From positions 368-64,367 of the forward strand of contig CALWHJ010000002.1 of assembly GCA_944380355.1 (NCBI GenBank): 64,000 nt of DNA, written 5' to 3'. The notes beneath the pieces were generated by a model, which made no database searches, was not told the origin of the DNA, and worked only from the letters and a program-made list of their open reading frames with translations. The stretch is from an uncultured Christensenellaceae bacterium (lineage in GTDB: Bacteria > Bacillota > Clostridia > Christensenellales > UBA3700). Of the stretch, positions 45,431 to 53,982 are shown in pieces. The translations under genes were made by a program, and so were the position numbers. Each line of letters starts with the position of its first letter. The stretch's first letter is position 1.

Positions 45431-45873
45431 ATTTGTGTTGTTTTCTTAATTGGTTAGTTAAATTACCATAAAAATATTGACTCTTATATTAAAACCATTT
45501 ATAATATTATTAAAAGGGATAGAAGTTGTGGTAATAGTTTGGTGACGATGATAGAACAATTCACGATACAATTAAATTATATCTTGAGCAATATTCTAAA
45601 GAAAACACATTAGAAAAATAAATATGCATTGTTAAGAAGTCGGCAAAAGTTGCATGTTTTTGGTGGTTTAATCAACCCAAAATGCTAGAGGAGTAAAAAA
45701 GGGGAAAAATAAGTAATTGGAAAATATTCAATGTATAGAGTTAGATATTGAACAGGTTACTTGTTTATTGTATAATTTTTCATTTTATAAAATCATATAA
45801 TAAAACAGTATAAAAAATTTTACAGTGTAAATCAATAAAAAAATAATGTGGTCATTTTAGATATGGAGGGTAT

Positions 45874-46380
45874 ATGTATAAAGCAAAAAGAATAAGCAAA
45901 AGAATAAACATTAGTTTAATAATTGTTTCTATAATATTGCTAATATTAGTAATGTTTTTTTCTCAGGCAGATTTGGCATACGCTCAAACTGCATCCTATA
46001 AATTGGGGGCTGTGAATTATGAAGGTAGCCGTAATTATTGCAGATATGATCTAATGATTCAAGCGACAGGAATTGAAGATGGTGTTATTACTGATACGCG
46101 AGATTTCAAAATTTATCTAGAAGGTGAGAGTTGCAAAAGAAACATTTTTACAACTTTTACATATGATTTAAAGTTTACTCTTTATAAAGATGGTGTTTAT
46201 AATAACGAAGTTTCTATTTATTTTAAAATAGACGATAAAGATGATGTGCCGGGTAGCATTAAGGTTATATTTAGTGGACCTTTTGATAATGGTGATTATA
46301 AATTAAAAGTTAAAGGAATAATATATTCAAATGATGATGAAAATATAAATGGAGAATATTATTTCACAATAGATAAGTAA
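45874..46380 (+). CDS. hypothetical secreted or membrane-anchored protein, first gene of the ABC cluster
   Basis: 168-aa ORF; signal anchor then AYAQT; GGAGGG RBS. Confidence 0.55.
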   Translation: MYKAKRISKRINISLIIVSIILLILVMFFSQADLAYAQTASYKLGAVNYEGSRNYCRYDLMIQATGIEDGVITDTRDFKIYLEGESCKRNIFTTFTYDLKFTLYKDGVYNNEVSIYFKIDDKDDVPGSIKVIFSGPFDNGDYKLKVKGIIYSNDDENINGEYYFTIDK

Positions 46381-46437
46381 AGTTAAATAAAGATGGCCAC
46401 ATTATTTTTATTTTAGGGAGTAAATCATTTAATATCG

Positions 46438-47598
46438 ATGTCAAGCATATTTTTATTATCATTAAAAAAGCTAAAAGAAAATATTAATCATTCGATAGTT
46501 TTCGTAATATGCATAGTTTTACTATGCATATTGATTATATTGCTTGGTAATATATGTATATATATGCAATTTAATGTAAGGTGCATAGTATTGGAAGATG
46601 TTGCGGAAAATGGTCTAGATATAGAAATAAGGGTAACTAAAAACACAAAAAAACTGTCAACTGAACATATTGAGTACGCAATTGATAGAATTGAGGAAAT
46701 AAGTGATGAGTTTGTATTTTCTGCGCGTACAAATTCTGAAGTACAGCTAAATGGTAAAATAATTGATTGCAAGCCATATTTCTCTTATGGAATGTATGAT
46801 GTGCAGGTATTACGCACCGCTGATACAAGCAAAACAAACAATGGTAAAGATTATATATGGTTGGCAGAATCAATCGAAGGATATGAAGTAGGGCAACAAA
46901 TTAATGTGACCATAGATGGTGTCGAAGAGAAATTGACGATAAAGGGAATAGTCGTCGGGGATATATCCTATGTGGATTATGTCCATATGAACATACAAAG
47001 TATTTGTGGCAACAATCTTTCAAAAGATATGGATTGGAGTAAAGTTAAAGAGTTATATGCTACAATTGACGATATATCAAAAAATTTGAGAATAGACGAT
47101 GGATATACAGAATATATCATATCATCCTCAATAATAGGTTCTTACAATTATCTCAATGTTCTAAACATATTTTGTAGTGGCGTTTGCATCTGCCTTATTG
47201 CGATTGTAATGGCATTATCCGTTACAGGATTAATTAATACTGTAAAAATAAATACAAACATAAATCAAAAATTTTTTGCTATGTTGAAGACTCAGGGAGC
47301 AGATAATAAGGCAATTATGTTGTATTATTTTTATCAATATCTAATTTATATTATCATAGGGGTGACGATTGCAAGCATAGTTTCTGCTATTATATTGCAA
47401 TTATCATTACAAAATATATTGCAAATATTTTTCGGATTGCTAGGATATACTAATGAAAGTTTTATTATAGGTTTCTGTTGGTGGCTTCCGCTTATATGTA
47501 TTGCTGTGATGGTTTTGGTGTGTTTGTTGGTGGCAGCAAAAGAAACAAAAAGAATTTCCAAGACTGAAATAGCGACGCTATTAAAGGAGGATGTATGA
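46438..47598 (+). CDS. FtsX/MacB-type ABC permease
   Basis: 386-aa ORF; TM1, large extracytoplasmic domain, C-terminal FtsX region (FAMLKTQGADNKAIM plus 3 TM). Confidence 0.75.
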   Translation: MSSIFLLSLKKLKENINHSIVFVICIVLLCILIILLGNICIYMQFNVRCIVLEDVAENGLDIEIRVTKNTKKLSTEHIEYAIDRIEEISDEFVFSARTNSEVQLNGKIIDCKPYFSYGMYDVQVLRTADTSKTNNGKDYIWLAESIEGYEVGQQINVTIDGVEEKLTIKGIVVGDISYVDYVHMNIQSICGNNLSKDMDWSKVKELYATIDDISKNLRIDDGYTEYIISSSIIGSYNYLNVLNIFCSGVCICLIAIVMALSVTGLINTVKINTNINQKFFAMLKTQGADNKAIMLYYFYQYLIYIIIGVTIASIVSAIILQLSLQNILQIFFGLLGYTNESFIIGFCWWLPLICIAVMVLVCLLVAAKETKRISKTEIATLLKEDV

Positions 47599-49025
47599 AA
47601 ACAAAAGAAGCATTATTTTTGGCAAAACTTAACTTGACTACGTCAAAAAAAATAAATCGCATTATAGTTTTCATGCTATCCGTAAGCATGATAATAATTA
47701 TACCTGTTTTTGTATTATGGATAAGCGTAAATGTATCCATAAACAACAAAATAAATTCAGTTCCGTATATGTTGTATTCTCAAGTGCAGATGAAAGATTA
47801 CAGAATAGAAACGGCAAATGAAGATAGGAAAATTTCAGGTTTTGAAAATATAAACAAATTTGAAAATATAGACTCTAAAATTGTATATGAAAGATATAAT
47901 TTACCGTGTTCCCCTCAATATTATAATGTCACTATGAGTGTGGATGGAAAAAAATATGATTTGAGTGAAAGTGTTTTTTCTTATAATATAATTGATATAG
48001 ACAAAAGCTCATATAATTTCCCTTATAATTTAAATACAATAGGCGATATATTTGTTGATAGTTGCGACGCTTCTTTTGACGAAACAGGGAAAAAGCAAGT
48101 TGTATTATCTCAAATAGTATTGGATGCGTTCAATCTTACCTCAACTGATGTATACGGCAATACGATAAGCATTTATATTTCATCTTCGCACATAGAAGGA
48201 TATTTATGTTATGAATACAAAGTCGTGGGCATAATCAAAAGAGAAATCAGTGAATTATATGACGAAAGCGGGAGTTATATGGATAGCGAAATTTTCTTTT
48301 GCAGTAGCAATGTCTATAAAGACGGAAATGCTGTATTAAAACCCACCATGACGGGGCAAGGGTATGAATATAAATATTTGAATATAGAGGATAAAGAAAT
48401 GCTTAACGAAGAGTATATGATGCTCGGCATAGGAAGCGATATTTATGCAAAAGATAGTTATGCTTCTACCTGCATATATCTTGAAGAAAGTAATTATGCT
48501 ATCCTGTCCTCTCTTATCACCTCTTTGCAGAATAGAGGTATATACACAGAAAATTCTACTATTTATAATAATTATAAAAAGTTGTATGATGTATCAAATA
48601 TATTAACTTTTATCCTTGGAATAGTCGGGGGAGTCTCTTTTATAATAACATTACTATATTACTATCTAAATCTTAAATTCAGTATTTATAAAAGAAGGCA
48701 TTTTTTAACTATAATAAGAGCGTTGGGAGGCCAAGATTGCGATATTCCCAAAATTCATATGTTGCAATCAAATATTCTTTGCGCTAAAGCAGCACTTATA
48801 TTTGCAGTAATAGGTGGTGCATTATGTTGGTTGATTAAATATGTGATAAATGCAATGATATCTATTAATCAAATTCCAATTTCTATTACGATTTCGCCGT
48901 GGATAATCTTAGCCAGTATAATAACAATGATTGTAATTATGTTTGCTATTACGAATTTGATTGCTTTAATTTGTTCTCGAAAGCTATCCAAACAGCCTAT
49001 AATGAGTATTCTCAAAACACAGTAA
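47595..49025 (+). CDS. FtsX/MacB-type ABC permease (second)
   Basis: 476-aa ORF; same topology; FtsX region IIRALGGQDCDI; AGGAGG RBS; 4-nt overlap upstream. Confidence 0.75.
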   Translation: MKTKEALFLAKLNLTTSKKINRIIVFMLSVSMIIIIPVFVLWISVNVSINNKINSVPYMLYSQVQMKDYRIETANEDRKISGFENINKFENIDSKIVYERYNLPCSPQYYNVTMSVDGKKYDLSESVFSYNIIDIDKSSYNFPYNLNTIGDIFVDSCDASFDETGKKQVVLSQIVLDAFNLTSTDVYGNTISIYISSSHIEGYLCYEYKVVGIIKREISELYDESGSYMDSEIFFCSSNVYKDGNAVLKPTMTGQGYEYKYLNIEDKEMLNEEYMMLGIGSDIYAKDSYASTCIYLEESNYAILSSLITSLQNRGIYTENSTIYNNYKKLYDVSNILTFILGIVGGVSFIITLLYYYLNLKFSIYKRRHFLTIIRALGGQDCDIPKIHMLQSNILCAKAALIFAVIGGALCWLIKYVINAMISINQIPISITISPWIILASIITMIVIMFAITNLIALICSRKLSKQPIMSILKTQ

Positions 49026-49035
49026 GGAGTTTAAC

Positions 49036-49701
49036 ATGATAAAAATTGAAAATTTAAGTAAAGTATATGGCGAAGGAGAAAGTAAGGTAATTGCTTTGGA
49101 TAACATTTCATTTGAGCAAAAAGAGCAAGAGAAATTTATTGCTATTATAGGCAAATCGGGGAGCGGGAAATCAACTTTGTTGAATATAATAGGAGCATTG
49201 GAAAAAGCTACTTCTGGAGATGTCCAAATTGATAGTGTAAATATATTAGCACTAAATGAAAAAGAGCGAGCGGTTTTTCGTAGTAAAAAAATAGGATATA
49301 TTTTTCAGGCTTTCTATTTGGAGTCGGAATTTAGTGTCCTTGAAAATGTTGAATTGCCGTTATTGATTGCAGGTGTAAACAAAAAAGACAGAGAGATAAA
49401 AGCAAAAGAATATATTACAAAACTAGGACTCGAAAGTAAGATTTACGAAAAAGTAAAAAATTTGTCTGGCGGACAAAAACAGAGAGTTGCGATAGCCAGA
49501 GCTCTTGTTAAAGAGCCTTCTGTCTTGTTGGCAGATGAGCCTACGGGTAATTTGGATAGCGCTAACGGTCAAGAAGTAATGCAAATATTGAAAAAAATAG
49601 CTGAAAGCGGTAGGACAGTATTGCTTGTAACGCACAATATACAAGATGCGCAAATTGCTGATAAGATAATAGAATTGCAAGACGGTAAAATATCTAATTG
49701 A
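49036..49701 (+). CDS. ABC transporter ATP-binding protein (MacB/LolD-like)
   Basis: Walker [10 protein letters not shown]; signature [15 protein letters not shown]; Walker B LLADEPT. Confidence 0.92.
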   Translation: MIKIENLSKVYGEGESKVIALDNISFEQKEQEKFIAIIGKSGSGKSTLLNIIGALEKATSGDVQIDSVNILALNEKERAVFRSKKIGYIFQAFYLESEFSVLENVELPLLIAGVNKKDREIKAKEYITKLGLESKIYEKVKNLSGGQKQRVAIARALVKEPSVLLADEPTGNLDSANGQEVMQILKKIAESGRTVLLVTHNIQDAQIADKIIELQDGKISN

Positions 49702-49786
49702 ATATGATTGCGATGAACAATATATGTGGTTTGCATCATATTTTAAAAACTAAGGATATACTGCCGACTAATAAAAGAGGTAGATT

Positions 49787-50575
49787 ATGAAAAAGAAAAC
49801 ATTGTTAATTATAAGTCTGATATGTATAGCAGTATTAATATTTGCGTTAGCGTTTGTGAGCTGTAAAGACGATTTTGAGCCGCATTATTTTACCGAATAC
49901 GAAAGCGGGTACTTTAGATATGCTGCATATTCATTGATGGACGGAAAAAGATGTGCCGTTATTGTAGGGTTGACGGAAAGCGGGCTTGAACAAGAAGCTT
50001 TGATTTTCCCTATTGAACTTGACGGAAGAGAAGTATACGGAATAGGGTATGAAACACAAGCTAATACCATTTCCCCTTGGGCACCTATTATCGAGGTAGG
50101 AAGCCTTGAAAGCAAAAATCTGAAAAAACTGTTTTTCTTGAAAAATCCTATAATAGATATTGGAACTAATGTTGATTTTTCAAGCAAAATAAAGGCAGTC
50201 TATTGGAATTTAGAAGAACAGTATCAAGGATGGGGATATAATCCTTTGATTACTACGCGAAGCTATTATAAAAAATTCAATAATGAAGTTTTTAAAAACG
50301 TAATCTTTGCAAACGTAATGTATATGTACAATTACGAAAACAGCCCCAATGAAGGGTGCTACTGGATAGACAGTTACGACGAAGGACTTATCACCTTTAT
50401 GCCGCCTATGCCACAACGAGAGGGATATTATTTCGTGGGTTGGTATAAAGAACCAGAATGTATAAACAAATGGGACTTTGATGTAGACAAAACGGGAAAA
50501 GAAATTAAAATGGATAACAATCTCGACTCGGAATACGAAGGGATTTACCTATATGCAAAGTGGGTAGAGATTTAA
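49787..50575 (+). CDS. lipoprotein with a C-terminal Listeria-Bacteroides-type repeat
   Basis: Lipobox FVSC; C-terminal REGYYFVGWYKEPECINKWDFDVD...LYAKW. Confidence 0.6.
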   Translation: MKKKTLLIISLICIAVLIFALAFVSCKDDFEPHYFTEYESGYFRYAAYSLMDGKRCAVIVGLTESGLEQEALIFPIELDGREVYGIGYETQANTISPWAPIIEVGSLESKNLKKLFFLKNPIIDIGTNVDFSSKIKAVYWNLEEQYQGWGYNPLITTRSYYKKFNNEVFKNVIFANVMYMYNYENSPNEGCYWIDSYDEGLITFMPPMPQREGYYFVGWYKEPECINKWDFDVDKTGKEIKMDNNLDSEYEGIYLYAKWVEI

Positions 50576-50602
50576 CATCAATAACTAAAGGGGGAACAAA
50601 AG

Positions 50603-50797
50603 ATGAAAAGTAAAGTGCAAAAGATATTTATAGCATTTTTATCAAGTGTATTTGCTTTTGTGTTGGTATTGAGCGCATTCGTTGTGTTCGATACGACTTT
50701 GACGGCGTATGCGTCGGTAGAAGAAGATGGATTAGTAGTATCGGAATTAGACGCGGGAAGTATGTTGCGGGCGGAGATTTGTCGCACAATACGGTAA
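50603..50797 (+). CDS. small signal-peptide-bearing ORF (secreted peptide candidate)
   Basis: 64 aa; GGGGGA RBS; signal peptide ending AYA then SVEEDGLVVSELDAGSMLRAEICRTIR. Confidence 0.4.
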   Translation: MKSKVQKIFIAFLSSVFAFVLVLSAFVVFDTTLTAYASVEEDGLVVSELDAGSMLRAEICRTIR

Positions 50798-50954
50798 TCA
50801 ACGCATTGAGAAGATTTAACAAAAATGTTGCTAAGTGGTGCAGATAAAAATAAATAAGCCAAAAAGCATTTCAAAAAAGCCTTATGTGACGAATAGTGTC
50901 GTGACTTTTTCTTGTAGAGCGGATATAATTGAGTTGTAATCAGGGAGGTGCAAT

Positions 50955-51446
50955 ATGACTTTCGGAGAGAAACTCAAAAAATTAAGAACAGATAAGAATC
51001 TTACTCAGGAAGAATTGGCTGACGCGATTTTCGTAACGAGAACGGCTATATCAAAATGGGAGACAGATAAAGGTTATCCCAGCATAGACAGTTTGAAGGT
51101 ATTGTCTAACTATTTCGATGTCAGTATAGACGAATTAATTTCAGATGCAGACGTCGAAAATAAAAAACAACTGGAAAATAAGAAAAGCAAAAAGTTTTAC
51201 GCAACAGCCATTTGTTTTCTTATCGCGACAGTAGTTTTTACATTGCTGGCATATATACTGGAAATAAAATATCTTACCGTGGGAAGTTGCTTGTGTATGA
51301 TAGGATATGTAATATTTGCAATTCTTACAAAGCCTAAAGATAAAAGGCTGCAGATGCGTAAAGTAATCGTTCCCTATATCATAACGAGGGCAGTGTTGTT
51401 TGTAATTGTAGTAAGTATTACGATATATACCCTAGTTACTTTATAA
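50955..51446 (+). CDS. XRE-family HTH regulator with C-terminal TM helices
   Basis: FGEKLKKLRTDKNLTQEELADAIFVTRTAISKWE; three predicted TM helices; GGGAGG RBS. Confidence 0.8.
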   Translation: MTFGEKLKKLRTDKNLTQEELADAIFVTRTAISKWETDKGYPSIDSLKVLSNYFDVSIDELISDADVENKKQLENKKSKKFYATAICFLIATVVFTLLAYILEIKYLTVGSCLCMIGYVIFAILTKPKDKRLQMRKVIVPYIITRAVLFVIVVSITIYTLVTL

Positions 51447-51478
51447 TAAGACAGAGGGAAAGTAACTCTGAAAGATAA

Positions 51479-51505
51479 AGAAAGCAGCGTGTCCCGCTGC
51501 TTTCT
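51479..51505. terminator. hairpin between convergent genes
   Basis: AGAAAGCAGCG-tgtcc-CGCTGCTTTCT; T-rich flank mainly on the minus strand. Confidence 0.5.
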
Positions 51506-51514
51506 TAGTCAGGC

Positions 51515-52378
51515 TCAGTTTTTCAACGCTCGCCAATCTTTTATGTGGTGGATAGCTATGCCGAAGCAGTCAGGGATTTTGCCCCTTAAGAGGTCTAGCT
51601 GTCGGTACATATAATCTGCGCCCTCTTCATAAAACGTAACAATATCTTTGTTCTCTCCGGTTTCAACGCTGAAGTTAAAAGGTTTATCTACAGTAGCGGC
51701 ATAGTTTGCTTCGTTTTGGGCTACGTCGTATATCGCCTCGGCGCTGTCGCGGTAGCTCATTACCGTTACGCGCGAAGAATTGTCTATTATAAATTGGTAG
51801 GCAGGTTTTGTAGTGCCTTTATAAGTAACCTCGTCTTCTAGCCAAAAGGGAATATCGTATTCTATCCACAGGTCGGGGTAGCTTTCTTTAATCTGAGCAC
51901 TCAGGCAGACGAAGGAAGTGATAAGCTCGTTACGTCTATCGCTGAATTGAGGATTCTGATGCGGCTCTATATCGAGGTGTATGCCGTCAAACGGGTACTC
52001 GTTTTGGCTTTGGTAATCGAGATATTCATCTATTCGGTTTTTTAGCGACGGTATGTCTTCTATCCACTCGTAGTTGCCCTGTAACCAGAATACTTTGATG
52101 TCTCGCGAATTTGCGTCTTTGATGAAGTCGCTTGTTTTTTGAGAAAAGGACGAAGTATAATAATATATTTCGTTAACGCCTTGGTCTTCGGCAAAGTCGA
52201 GATAAGTCGAGTCTATACGGTTGTCCCACCACCATACGCCCAAAGTCGGAGCGGGCTGAGAATTTGAAGGAGGGGAGGTAACCGTCTTTTTGTAGATAAC
52301 TATACCGAGTGCCGTTCCTAATATTGCAAGAGCGACAATTCCTGCTACTATAGAAAAGGTTAAGACGCTTTTTTTCAT
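51515..52378 (-). CDS. membrane-anchored hypothetical protein (possible TIM-barrel glycoside-hydrolase-like)
   Basis: 287-aa ORF; N-terminal TM anchor; AGGAG RBS; functional assignment is weak. Confidence 0.55.
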   Translation of the reverse strand: MKKSVLTFSIVAGIVALAILGTALGIVIYKKTVTSPPSNSQPAPTLGVWWWDNRIDSTYLDFAEDQGVNEIYYYTSSFSQKTSDFIKDANSRDIKVFWLQGNYEWIEDIPSLKNRIDEYLDYQSQNEYPFDGIHLDIEPHQNPQFSDRRNELITSFVCLSAQIKESYPDLWIEYDIPFWLEDEVTYKGTTKPAYQFIIDNSSRVTVMSYRDSAEAIYDVAQNEANYAATVDKPFNFSVETGENKDIVTFYEEGADYMYRQLDLLRGKIPDCFGIAIHHIKDWRALKN

Positions 52379-52525
52379 TTTTCATCTCCTGTATGTTTTA
52401 TTATAGACGTACAGATACGGATAGTCAATAACCACATTTGACGCAACACAGTGCGTTAGGTATGAAAGCCTTGAAAATTCTGCGTATTTGCGCTATAATA
52501 TCAATGCGTTTTTAATGGAGATTGT

Positions 52526-52936
52526 ATGGAAATAAAATTGTTTGACAAGTTACCCGACGAGGCAAAAGATATAAGAGTTACCGTTTTTGTGGAAGAGCAG
52601 GGTTTCAACGAGGAATTCGACAGCGTAGACGACATTGCTACGCATATTGTTATGTATAACCGTGAAAGGCCTGTCGCAACGTGTAGGTTTTATATTAAGG
52701 ACGGTAGTTACCTTTTGGGCAGAATTGCCGTAATAAAAGAATACCGAGGCAAACACATAGGGGCATTGCTTATAAGCAAGGCTGAGGAAGAAATAAAGAA
52801 AAATGGCGGCAGAAAAGCAGTAATTCACGCGCAGACAAGAGCAAAGGACTTTTATCTCAAACAAGGATATATCGACAGCGGCAAAGAAGATATGGAAGAA
52901 GGTTGTCCTCACGTATGGCTATTCAAAAATCTCTGA
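52526..52936 (+). CDS. GNAT-family N-acetyltransferase
   Basis: 136-aa ORF; motif A IAVIKEYRGKHIGALLISKAEE. Confidence 0.85.
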   Translation: MEIKLFDKLPDEAKDIRVTVFVEEQGFNEEFDSVDDIATHIVMYNRERPVATCRFYIKDGSYLLGRIAVIKEYRGKHIGALLISKAEEEIKKNGGRKAVIHAQTRAKDFYLKQGYIDSGKEDMEEGCPHVWLFKNL

Positions 52937-53026
52937 CGACATAGTAGAAATAATATAAAAAGCCATGTTACTTACGAAAAAATATTTACAACACGATAAA
53001 TATATGCTAATATATTAAAGCAACAC

Positions 53027-53103
53027 GGAGGCATAGCCCAGCTGGTTAGAGCGCTACGTTGACATCGTAGAGGTCATAGGTTCGAGTCCCATTGTCTCCA
53101 CCA
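53027..53103 (+). tRNA. tRNA-Val (anticodon GAC)
   Basis: Hand-folded cloverleaf: acceptor GGAGGCA/TGTCTCC, anticodon arm CTACG-TTGACAT-CGTAG, T-loop TTCGAGT, encoded CCA; one non-canonical pair in each of the D and T stems. Confidence 0.8.
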
Positions 53104-53142
53104 ATAGCAAACAAAGTCGAACCTGATTTTGTTTGCTTTTTT
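53101..53142 (+). repeat. terminator-hairpin repeat copy T2 (left direct repeat of the cassette)
   Basis: CCAATAGCAAACAAAGTCGAACCTGATTTTGTTTGCTTTTTT; 41/42 identical to 55110-55151. Confidence 0.85.
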
Positions 53143-53163
53143 TCGTTTAAGCAATCAAAGCAG

Positions 53164-53192
53164 TTGTAACAATTAGTGATAAATGCTATAAT
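53164..53192 (+). promoter_or_regulatory. candidate promoter of the cyclase-SIR2 cassette
   Basis: TTGTAA (53164-53169), 17 nt, TGC-TATAAT (53187-53192, extended -10); it lies inside the track ORF 5' extension. Confidence 0.55.
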
Positions 53193-53223
53193 TAAGCAAA
53201 TATCGAATAGGAAAGAGAATAAC

Positions 53224-53961
53224 ATGTTTGAAGAAAGATTTATAGCATTTGTAGATATATTAGGATTTAAGGAAATAGTAAAGAAAGCAAAAAATGATAT
53301 TAATTTTCAAAATGACATTTCTGCCGTATTAAATTATATTGCAAAAATTAGAAATGATAATTATCACGGGTACCTATCAAAATATGGGATTTATAACGAT
53401 GTTTCTGTTTTTTCGGACAGTATTGTAATTTCATACCCCTGTAACTGCTCTGATGGAGCTGGCTTATTTCATTTGCTTATGGATTTAATTTTCATGTGTT
53501 TTGACCTAATAAATCATGGTATTTATGTTCGTGGTGGCATTACAGTTGGAGAGATTATACATGATCAAAATATAAGTTGGGGACCCGCATTTATTGCTGC
53601 ATATGAATTGGAAGAAAATCAAGCTGTTTATCCGCGAATTATTGTGGATAAGAATGCGATTGAAATAGCGAAAGCGATATATAAGCGAAAATTTCCTTAT
53701 GATAAAGATGGCGATTATTTAGATAAACTTATTGCGCTTGATGAGGACGGAATCTATTATTTAGATTATCTTTCACAATACAGCGAATTTGATGATATTT
53801 CTGATTATATTATTTGTTTAAAGCTTATTCGAGAAAATATTGTGTATAATATACAAAATTCTTCAATTACAAAAATAAAAGATAAATATGATTGGTTTGC
53901 AAAATATTTTAATAGAACTATTGCAAACTTACCATTTACACATAATTTAAAAAATATATAA
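53224..53961 (+). CDS. minimal class III nucleotidyl-cyclase / GGDEF-like palm-domain protein (candidate signal synthase or sensor)
   Basis: Collinear with the cyclase core: FIAFVDILGFKE (first metal Asp), VSVFSDSIVISY (second Asp), YVRGGITVGEII, SWGPAFIAAYELEENQAVYPRIIV; uncharacterised C-terminal about 100 aa. Confidence 0.6.
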   Translation: MFEERFIAFVDILGFKEIVKKAKNDINFQNDISAVLNYIAKIRNDNYHGYLSKYGIYNDVSVFSDSIVISYPCNCSDGAGLFHLLMDLIFMCFDLINHGIYVRGGITVGEIIHDQNISWGPAFIAAYELEENQAVYPRIIVDKNAIEIAKAIYKRKFPYDKDGDYLDKLIALDEDGIYYLDYLSQYSEFDDISDYIICLKLIRENIVYNIQNSSITKIKDKYDWFAKYFNRTIANLPFTHNLKNI

Positions 53962-53982
53962 AAATTTAAAAAGGTTCTGTTT

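Noticed and set aside
53176-53223. GTG start at 53176 for the cyclase-like gene
   Set aside because: An extended -10 promoter (TGCTATAAT, 53184-53192) lies inside this extension. ATG 53224 has a purine-rich RBS and begins the conserved core.
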